Position numbers and translations under genes: made by a program. 64,000 nt of DNA from Nemertoderma westbladi (taxonomy: Eukaryota; Animalia; Xenacoelomorpha), in NCBI GenBank assembly GCA_032718475.1, contig JAUCBJ010001356.1:19713-83712 (forward strand), written 5' to 3'. Of the stretch, positions 23,602-32,873 are shown one piece after another. Within the stretch, counting starts at the first letter, position 1. Every line of letters begins with the position of its first letter. A model generated the notes under the pieces. That model was given only the letters and a program-made list of their open reading frames with translations, had not been told where the DNA came from and ran no database searches.

Positions 23602-24183
23602 CTAATTATATTTTACATCAAAAACCCTCGCACCAAATAATAATAAATTATTAACCAGTTTGTTGAATATAGGATAATATATATGAAATTTAAACGGGGA
23701 ACACATTAATGTACATTTACCAGTGTAGAAGCAGCAAACAACAACAATATTATTTATTCTGACTTTACAGTTATTGAATATTTCGGGCTCGTATGAAATT
23801 TCTAGTTTAACATTATCAAATATAACATAAAACCCGATATTGTTTATAAGTAACCTATAAATTACGGTATCGATACTAAAAATATAAGTACACAAATTGA
23901 TTGATTTAAAAATCAAATTAATGTTTGTTTTTTCGAATATATGCTTTTTCACTTTATTAAAATTATATTTTCTACCGAGAATTGTTATTCGTCCATTTGT
24001 AAACATTAATATGGTTGCACCAAATACCTTATATATAAACTGATTAGGTTTGAGTACAATTTTACCATTCAATTGATTTTTTAATTCTTTTAAATTAAGT
24101 CCATAAATGATCTGCTTACAACTTATATTTTTATTTACTATTTGATAATTCATCATCAACACCATCGTCTTTTGGTTCTTCAT
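23602..24183 (-). CDS. TATA-binding protein (TBP)-like protein encoded by the Polinton
   Basis: Two pseudo-repeats: QIVN...LNLKEL...ATILMFTNGRITILG and SYEPEIFN...VCCFYTGKCTL, compared with TBP TTALIFSSGKMVCTG and SYEPELFP...LLIFVSGKVVLTG; the start may be the second or third Met. Confidence 0.75.
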   Translation of the reverse strand: MKNQKTMVLMMNYQIVNKNISCKQIIYGLNLKELKNQLNGKIVLKPNQFIYKVFGATILMFTNGRITILGRKYNFNKVKKHIFEKTNINLIFKSINLCTYIFSIDTVIYRLLINNIGFYVIFDNVKLEISYEPEIFNNCKVRINNIVVVCCFYTGKCTLMCSPFKFHIYYPIFNKLVNNLLLFGARVFDVKYN

Positions 24184-27100
24184 AAATTGGTATATTTGAT
24201 ATTTTTATAGGTTTTTTGAGGTTTGTTTTATAGTGCCCCCAAGGAAGTGATTGATTTTTATTAACCCAATAAAGTTTATCATCAAAGCTACTGAGTGCAA
24301 ATTTATTTTGCTTTAACCCTATCCATACCGGGGGGGGGACTTTTGGAGACGCACTTTATTTGATTGCTTGGTTCAAAGCCAATCCACATTTATTGCAAGT
24401 GAAATTCCGTTACTTTTCCTAAAATTTATTATTCTTTATCTTAAAACAAAAATTAATTTTCATATTATTATTTATGACCATGAAAATGACTCGTAAACTG
24501 ACCTGTCTCTGAAACTGTCATATTATTGCTGAACTATTATAGGCGGGAAATTTAAAATTCAATCAATTTAATATAAATTTAAAATCAATTTAAACATAAT
24601 TATAGTATATAAATATTATATTTCAGCATTAGTGTGTGGCATATTTGGATAGAGGAATAAATTTTGTATCTAAAACTTTTTACTTTAAAGTAATATCATT
24701 AAACCACACAAAGTTATATGCTTCCAAACTTTACGTCCCCAAAAGTCCCCCCCCGGTAGGTGGAGCGTCTAAAGTACCCCGGTATGGATAGGGTTAAGGT
24801 ATAAATACGATGTAATTTAGATTGAAATCTGTATATGTTTTTTTTATTTCTTCATTTGAGTTATATGCTTTTAAATATTCTTCATGTATAATATTCGTTT
24901 CCACAACAGCTCTTGTAATACCTTTTGCTCTACGAATATTTTTGTTATTCCATTCCAAAATTGAATATAATTTTGGTCTTAAAAATACTGCTTGTTTAAT
25001 TTCACGTGAAGCTAGTTCATCTTTACAGTAATAAAGTCTCGATTTATTTTTATCGCTGTAGAGAGGGTGATCCTTAGGGTAATTGGATGTATCTAAAATA
25101 TTATTTTTAATTAATGCTTTTGAAAAAATATTCTGCGATGTATTATATTAACATCCTATTAAAGAGTCTGTATCTGATGCAGCAATTTCAATACGACAGT
25201 TTAATTCTTTCTCAATAGGTAGCAATTTATTGTAGAACAGCTCATACATATCCAATTTAGCCAAGTCCAACACAGTGCTACCAATAAATATAGGCTTATC
25301 GAGAGTTACAGAGTCTTTCACTAATAAATGTCCCGATAATGTATTATTGTATATTATAAATTGTTCATGATTAATACGATTTACCAATTGGTCGCATTTA
25401 TCATTGCTATTTGCGATACAAAAGTTACATCGATCTCTTATCTTTTCTATTGATTTACCAAATAACGAATTATTAAGCAATTTCGCGACAACTGTTTCAA
25501 TGTAACTTTTTGCTAATCGCCTTTGATTAATATTAAAATCGATGTAATTTTTAAATACAAATTCTTGTTGAAAAGAATATAATTTATGTAGTTTAGTAAC
25601 AATTAATCCATGTTTTATATAAAATTTTAACAGTTTCAAATGTAAATGATAAAATTCTTTATCAAATTGCGTCAGCAAGAGTTTTGGTATAGGCATCCTA
25701 TATTTACGGGAGGTACCTCTTTGTATCGATAAGTTATTAAATTGTTCCCTCATATAAGGCGAAAGCATTGATTCATTTATACTTAAATGCTCTGGAGCTA
25801 ACGGTAATTGTAATGTTTGATCGTGAATAGCTTTGAGATAATTTAAATCACATATTAAAAAATATCCAGTAGATCCATCAATGTCTAAATCTACCAAGTA
25901 CTCGATTAGTTTTTCTGGAATTGCATTCTCTAAGTGTTTAATACTTACTTCTTTGAATTGTGAGGTGGGTAGTTTTTTACTTAAATTCCCAGAATATAAA
26001 GAGTTGAAATCAATATTAAAAATATGGCATTCTTCCTTAGTAGAATCATATGTACTTGTTCCTGGTATATTTGATTCTATATAATGCTTTCGACAAAATG
26101 AAACACCACCCCTAATTGATTTTTCAAAATCTCTATATGTCTGATAATCCTTTATTAATTCTATTTTACATTTATTATATTTTAGTGCGCAATCATAGGT
26201 AAATGACGCGATACTACAGTAAAAAACCGCTTCTAAATCGTAATTTTGTTTACAAACATTCCTAAAATTCTCAAATATATCAGCAAGCAAACAAACATCG
26301 AGTTTTAAATAGGCTAAAAGATAATCTTTGAGATTCGCACAGTCGAATTCTACCCATGATAATTCCGCAAACCTATAATCTTCAATTGTGCATGTTTTTT
26401 GACTTAAGTTACTAAAAAAATTATTTATAGACGGCAAACCAGTATCATTAAATTTATTTATATCTGTCAAGTACTCGTATGGAAATACTCCTTTCCGTTT
26501 AATTGTTGAGTTATTCAAGTTTGGATAAAAATATTTCATTTCTTGTAGAGTAATAGGTAAAATTGAGCTTATATCATGACTCGCTACATCCTTTGTTGAA
26601 CACTCTACTAAATTACTTAAAGAAAAGCTTAAAAATTGATATGTGTCTAAGAAACGTAACTCAATTTTCTTAGAAGTGTTTTTAATTGGGATAAATGCAC
26701 TCAGTGAAATATATCGTTCTGTATTTCTCGGTATAACCTTTATATCCCAATCTGTGTATTTCTTATCTCTAAATCCGGTTTGTAATATACAATGTATATC
26801 ATAATTACTGGAATTGTGCCCGCAAAGTACATACAGGTATCGTTTCAATGATAAACTTCGGTTACAACTATTACAGGCTGCCGCAATATATTTACCTGTA
26901 ATATGTGAATGATGTCTGTTTTTCCCTACATTATTATTTAAAGTAACATTACAATAGAAACAAAATTTTGCTTGTTCAAAATTTACAAAATCAATATTAG
27001 TAAATGACATAGTTTTATGAGTATATATTTCTGACCAACAACATAATTCAGTTAAATCAGTATATAATGAATCTAAGAAATCTTGAATACAATTATTATT

Positions 27101-28651
27101 ATTTGACTTTACGAATGTTTTCAAATGACATTTTGGAGCATCAAGTAATTCACTATTGGGAACAATTAAATAACTCACAGCACACGGTATATGCTCCTGT
27201 ATAATTTGATTATTAACTGAAGGTTGTAAGATACATTCTATATCAAAGTAGGTGACAAACAATGGGGCTAAGGTTCTATCTAAATTTGTAAAACTAATGT
27301 GTGTTCTTTTTTTATTAGGTAGTTTCTCTCGTTGACTTCTTCCTTGGTAGCATGCGAGACGGTGTCGATGAAGAACTTCCGCTCAAAAAAAATGAGCCAA
27401 ACACCTTTCACAATATTTCCTATTCCTGATATGAAGAGCTCTCGTATTCAGCAATCGATTCAAGTTAGTTATGCAAACATAATGATTCAGTTTAGGTACA
27501 TTGTTATTTTTTACTACAAGTAATATATTTAATAACTGTTTATCAGGTGTAATTTTACCAAACGGAGGTTGTCTTAATATAGATACAGGGGTGCGTTTGT
27601 TGTCGTTATTCCAACATAGTAAATTAATTATATATTTTGAATTTTGTTTTTCAAAAAGTTTAATCGCTAACTGCCACTCTGTTGGATAATCATTTTTCCC
27701 GTTGTCAAAAATGAAATGACTCATATAATTTTTGTACGACGAAGTATGGTTTTTGTTGTTCACTTTGCTACTAAATTTTGCGGCTATAATAGCCCATTTG
27801 AAACAGTCATTATCAGCCGATTGTACATTTATAACACATCGTTTACTCGATAGAACCTTAGGTAATTCCATATATCCATGCCCCTTATATAGTAACGACC
27901 TACACTTAGATTCAGCTAATTTAATTTCAACCCTTAATAAAGATTTAATACGCCACCCTGAACCACGTGTGTTAAAGATGGCTATTTTTTGTAATATATT
28001 TTCCACCACATACTCAAACCATGTGTCAAAACTTTGTGATGAATCTACAGTATTAATAGCACCACCGGAAGAATTAAAATAAAAAGTTTCCAATTGCTCG
28101 CCTTCTGAAAAATGTGATCTGTACATTAATACATTTAGACCTAACCACAGTCTAAGAACATTCATTTCTTTCAATCTGTCTAATATTAACTGAAGAATAT
28201 TACCTCGAATTCGCGTTAATGCTGTTTCCACATCGGGATAATCTCTAGAAGTTGGCAGGTCGTGGACATAAATTTCAAGACGATTATCGTGAGCTTCTTG
28301 TTCCCGCGTAAAAATTGTTGCGCATGTACCAAGAGCCACCCTTAAGTTTTTTCTAGATAATATATTTTTTTTATGTTGCGGAGATTTACGCTTTCTTGTG
28401 TAGTAACATTTCAAGTGACAATCGTGTCGTAAATAATTCTCATATGTATACTCTTTATTACAGGTAGAACAAGTCAATTGATAGGTACGGAACTCCATTT
28501 CTTTACAACCAGTAGTTGATTCATGTCGTTTACAAATTTCGCTGCATGAAGTCACGACATGACACTTAAAACAAGAATAACTTTCAAAATGTGACCGTAG
28601 GTGGCGTAAATAATTATATCTAGTTACATCATATGACAGAATGAACAACAT
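24131..28651 (-). pseudogene. Protein-primed family B DNA polymerase (pPolB) with endonuclease-VII-like insert, disrupted
   Basis: DFNSLY, KLLNNSLFGK, SDTDS, RPKLYS, RAKG and FDDK motifs; CxxC...HxHxTGKY...CxxCN; in-frame stops at 27383-27385 and 25148-25150, a homopolymer frameshift near 24840, a MITE at 24317-24793. Confidence 0.92.
24317..24793. mobile_element. piggyBac-type MITE inserted in the pPolB 3' end
   Basis: TTAA|CCCTATCCATACCGGGG ... CCCCGGTATGGATAGGG|TTAA; removal restores ...RIYTLKQNKFAL. Confidence 0.88.
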
Positions 28652-28851
28652 ATTGTTATTTTATCCATGTTGAAGTTTGTTTAGATAATTAATAATAATA
28701 ATAATTATAATAATAAAATATCACCAAAGATTAAAATAAAACGAAATGAAATGAAATGTTATTGACTATATCTAAACATTTATATGCTAGCGAGTGAAAT
28801 AATTTTAAATCAATCACCAATCGCCTATGGGTATTGGAAACCTCAAAGAGT

Positions 28852-29598
28852 TTAACTTATGATCAGGTTTACACCTGCTCCTACTTCAGTAGAATTATCG
28901 GTATTGGTGATAATAATTTTTTTATTATTGGTTTTAACCATTTTGAGACGGTCTGATAATTGAATGATATTTTTATCAAAAAGATGCTTGTCTGGTTCAT
29001 CGATTTGAGTGTCCCACTCTCGCAACAAAACGGTTAGTTCCTGATTTGACAAATTGAAACCCGTATAATAGTTAAAACCAACACTATCAGCGTATCTGAG
29101 GCTGATTTTCCATAAGCCAACATAGTTGGTTCCTTTAAAAGCTGTTACAAATCCAATAAACTCTGGATTTGATAATTCAATGTAGAATTGATCGCTAATA
29201 ATCTCTAGCGGTGGTGAGAGAAATTGCAATAATTTCCCTCTGTATTGAATTAGAACTTCAGTAAAAGCTTTGTTGAGGACTTTACATTTGCCCTGTTTCT
29301 GAACGTAAACATCACCCGATGTGGGGTTGATAGAAATATTCAAATTTCCCCGCGCAAAACGAAGAGTGGGATATATCCTACCTGGTATAATTGCTGGTCT
29401 GGATTGATGTTGGTTGTTGGTTGTTGTTTCTAGAATGTCTAGCAAATAGCGGGTATCTTGATGGGAAAAACAAATTGATTCGTTGTCCTCCTGAGATTCC
29501 ACAATAAAATACTTCTTGCTGTGAACGGCGGTACAAGTATATTTATTGTAAGTAAATTTCCAGCTATTTGTTGCTCCGGTTTTTTGTGTTAAGGCCAT
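28852..29598 (-). CDS. PC4-like (ssDNA-binding/transcription coactivator fold) protein
   Basis: C-terminal VTAFKGTNYVGLWK...TGFNLSNQELTVL resembles the PC4 motif VxxFKGxxYVDIR...KGISLxxEQW. Confidence 0.55.
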   Translation of the reverse strand: MALTQKTGATNSWKFTYNKYTCTAVHSKKYFIVESQEDNESICFSHQDTRYLLDILETTTNNQHQSRPAIIPGRIYPTLRFARGNLNISINPTSGDVYVQKQGKCKVLNKAFTEVLIQYRGKLLQFLSPPLEIISDQFYIELSNPEFIGFVTAFKGTNYVGLWKISLRYADSVGFNYYTGFNLSNQELTVLLREWDTQIDEPDKHLFDKNIIQLSDRLKMVKTNNKKIIITNTDNSTEVGAGVNLIIS

Positions 29599-29662
29599 AA
29601 TAATAATAATAAATACGAAAAATATTACAAGTGATAAATTTTAAACCGTATCGCTGTAATAA

Positions 29663-29945
29663 ATTGACACCATAGTTCTCACTCTAAAATTGTGATGGTC
29701 GGAAAACGACACCTAAGAAAAATGATGCTGAGTTCGACATTAGGTATCGATGAAAAAACAAAAATTGAGCAAGACACGTAGCTCAGATTTTCGTTTTTTC
29801 ATCGATACCCAATGCTGGAATCAGTATCATTTTATGAGGTGTTGTTTTCCAACCAACGAATATACAACGAGTAAGATAATGTAGAAATTATTAAGGAAAT
29901 AACACAATTTCAGAGTGAGAACAAAAAATTAGATATGGTATCAAT
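29663..29945. other. ~280-nt imperfect fold-back between 21-bp direct repeats
   Basis: Paired segments GTTCTCACTCTAAAATTGTG/CACAATTTCAGAGTGAGAAC and GGTATCGATGAAAAAAC/GTTTTTTCATCGATACC; repeats at 29624 and 29960. Confidence 0.8.
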
Positions 29946-30276
29946 ATATTACCATGAAGATTACAAGTGATGAATTTTAACAAAAACATTCAGTTATATA
30001 TAAATTTTTGAATACGTGTGGATGTGGCATAATCAACGTAGAAGAGATGGGATGTGGCATAATCAACGAATAAGATGGGTTGCAATGTGGATGAATGGTT
30101 GCGTGGATAGGAAATACGTGAAAGAATATGAATCATTGGGTTGTGCGTAATAATAATCAATAATTATAATAAAAACGCACAGTATAATGTTAGTAGTAGC
30201 CTTTCAATATGGCGCAGATGCTGAGGGTTAGGTTAGCTTGAGTAACTACTATGGAAATGCGAGAACGTGTAGTTGA

Positions 30277-30687
30277 CGCGTGGCGGAATTTCATGTATCA
30301 TACTGGCTGGTTGGTTTATTGGTTTGGCGACAGCAGTCGAGGTGGGTAAATCGTTGAGTTGGCAATCGATATAATATAATATATAATATCGAGGGAGGGT
30401 ATATGCGTGATACGTGTAGATGGCCACGTCGTCGTTGTCGTCACCATATACAGTATACAGTGGTGGTGGTGGTAGCGTGGCGAAAAGGGGAATAACTGTA
30501 GGGTTAGTCAATCAGTCGAGTAAGGCGGGCATCGCGAGGTTAGGCTACGCTACGATTGGTTGATGGCAACTGCCGATGGTGACATATGGCACGTGTCGGA
30601 ATTTGGCATTTTTAATAGCCCTCCGAGAAGTAGCCCATAGCCCAAGCTAGGGAGGACTATGCGGAGGGCCATTCTTCTCCTACTACT
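30277..30687 (-). repeat. Right terminal inverted repeat of the Polinton
   Basis: Reverse complement of 8908-9340, followed by TSD GTTAGG. Confidence 0.95.
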
Positions 30688-30826
30688 GTTAGGGCTTGAT
30701 AGGCCGAAAAGTACGTATAGCGCTGGTTCAACCCCCGGTGACGTGATTCCTTATTTTTTAAAAATTATATGCGTGTACATATACATACACTCATCAGTAG
30801 TGTGAAGTGAATATAACCAACATTAC

Positions 30827-31218
30827 CTTCAATAAACTCTGTGTTGCGTGAGGGAGAATAGGCTGTGTGAAACAGGCGAGATTACTCATCCAAGTAGCCG
30901 ACGAGTCTCCCAAGTTGTTCAGTATGAGTTCCAACGTGTAGCACAGAGCGTTGTGCATGTTCTCCGAGTTGACTCCGGTAACTCGGTTCACAGCCGACTC
31001 TGTGGCGCCTCTAGCGGCGGCTCTAGCGCCCCCTTGCGACCCGTCGGGGCCGTGTCTCCACCACATGGACAGGTAACTGCAGAGCATAGGGAGGATGACC
31101 TCGACAACGTTGGCGACGTCGTCGCCACTCCGGGAACTCCCGTCGACGAGTTTGTGGACCTCGTCCATCGTGTCCGTCAATCTCGGGATCCCCTCCGATA
31201 AAAGTTCGTCGGTTCGAG
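30827..31218 (-). CDS. RyR: Ryanodine receptor exon ([22 protein letters not shown]...NNLG...WMSNLACFTQPI)
   Basis: Strong match to RyR '[22 protein letters not shown]...[21 protein letters not shown]'. Confidence 0.95.
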
Positions 31219-31540
31219 CTGAAAATAAACGGGATCAGTAGCAGCAGTGGGTGTGATTAACTTTTTGATTTATATGCAATGAAACTCCTCCACAGATCGC
31301 TATCAACCAGCATAAAGAAACCCCAATTATTGTACATTCTCAATACTTCAGCAGATGTTTCATGATGTCAACAGCTGTCCACTACGTTTCCTTCCCCAGC
31401 TGTCTGTCATGGGACATAATCATACAGACAGATCTGATATACGAAAGCATTGCTTGGGGGGGGGGGGTGCAGGCACGATCAATGCAAAGTAATGTAATTA
31501 AAATCTCATTGTTTCTACTAAATACTTTCTAATTACTCAC

Positions 31541-31662
31541 ATTTACTATCTTTTAAGTTTGAAACACAATGGCGGTTGTACGAATTCAGATGAGGTTCCA
31601 TAAAAGCGACAGGGAAAGCAGAAGCCAGAGCACCTAAACATTCACCAATAGGTCGTCTGTGT
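31541..31662 (-). CDS. RyR: Ryanodine receptor exon (HRRPIGECLGALASAFPVAFMEPHLN)
   Basis: Matches RyR '[25 protein letters not shown]'. Confidence 0.9.
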
Positions 31663-31886
31663 CTATAACAAAACATTTTTATTTATTAGTAGACGGAAAA
31701 TATATAGAGAACTTATATCGAAAATTATAAAAATATTGTTCCTAGGGATTAGGCAGCATAAATGGATATCCCAATGGTTATCATTGTGATGTATTTCATC
31801 CTACGAGCTATTAAAATAAATAATTCAAGGTTTTACTGTACGAATTAAACAGTCAGCAGAACTACATGTCAACAGATGTTACAAAC

Positions 31887-32074
31887 CTGTCAACAGCTGC
31901 TTTATTCGATGTACCGAGAGCGTAAAGGGCCTTTAGGATCTCGTAACAGGAGAACTGGACCTCGCGTGTAAGGACGTCCGGTCCGTAGCCATGGTTACCG
32001 ATGTGTCCGAACAAGGCCGTCAGTACCGGTAGTGCCGCCCCGGAGATGTAGGGGAGACATGCAGACCCCTGGTC
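31887..32074 (-). CDS. RyR: Ryanodine receptor exon (LPVLTALFGHIG...VQFSCYEILKALYALGT)
   Basis: Matches RyR 'LPVLTTLFQHIA...VQVSCYRTLCSIYSLGT'. Confidence 0.9.
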
Positions 32075-32439
32075 CTGGGATTATAAACAGTTGACTAAGT
32101 AATGGGGAAGTTTGAGAAAGTACAATCCGAAACCGAGGTGAGCCTCATATTTATTGGTTTTGGTTATGCAAAGTACTTATAGGAATGCTTAGGTGCTTAG
32201 GAAGAAATCCCAAATACTGTAAATTACTTATTAAATTAAATTAAATCGTTCCGTCTACCTGCATGTGGAGTGCTGCACACGCACGTCGCACAAACACTGT
32301 AATAGCATAAAATGATAATCCGGCTAAGAAAATAATAAGATCGTTTGTAAACAAGCGCAAAATCGCTCTAAGGTCCGCGTCTACTAACGCATCAACTGTC
32401 TCCACCTTGAATAGCTTACTACCAAAAAATCACCGGAAA

Positions 32440-32516
32440 GGGGGGGGGGGGGGGGATTGAACTCGGTACCTATAGATTCCAAGTCCAACGCTCTACTAAC
32501 TTTGCCACTGCGCCGT
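32440..32516 (-). mobile_element. tRNA-derived SINE-like head or tRNA pseudogene
   Basis: Minus strand GGCGCAGTGGCAAAGTTAGTAGAGCG...GAGTTCAATCCC with A/B-box-like motifs; cloverleaf imperfect. Confidence 0.4.
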
Positions 32517-32873
32517 ATGAAGCCTTAAAACCAAAACCCAACTGAAAATTAACAACAACACCAATAACGGAGTGAATACTAGAATAGGTCTCGTTTCGAT
32601 CTGGACTGGAATGTATCCAAATGTGTAATAATTATGATATATCGTAAAAACAGTTCAGTTTTAGGTGGTCACTATACATTCTTTCATTCACCCAAATACC
32701 ATCTGAACGAATCAACACCTAGTTCAATCAATTAAAGGAAAGGAAAATGATATAGTTATTAAAGGAAGATACAAAAATACGAAACATTATTATAAACATT
32801 AGTAATATTATCATTTAATCAATAATCGTAAATTACATTGCATGTAAATATATTCAGACTTCATATAACACTG

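Larger units (their letters stand above)
8908..30687. mobile_element. Polinton/Maverick (adintovirus-like endogenous DNA virus), full length, decayed
   Basis: 5'-AGTAGTAGG...CCTACTACT-3' ends, ~0.4-kb TIRs, 6-bp TSD GTTAGG (8902-8907 and 30688-30693); encodes pPolB, integrase, ATPase, capsid proteins and protease. Confidence 0.97.

Noticed and set aside
27263-27390. Separate genes or a programmed frameshift between ORFs 27383-28651 and 25148-27262
   Set aside because: Both are in the same frame, separated by one TGA; the intervening codons read as continuous pPolB
32581-32620. Possible third hammerhead (GATCGAAAC on the minus strand)
   Set aside because: No CTGANGA core at the required position
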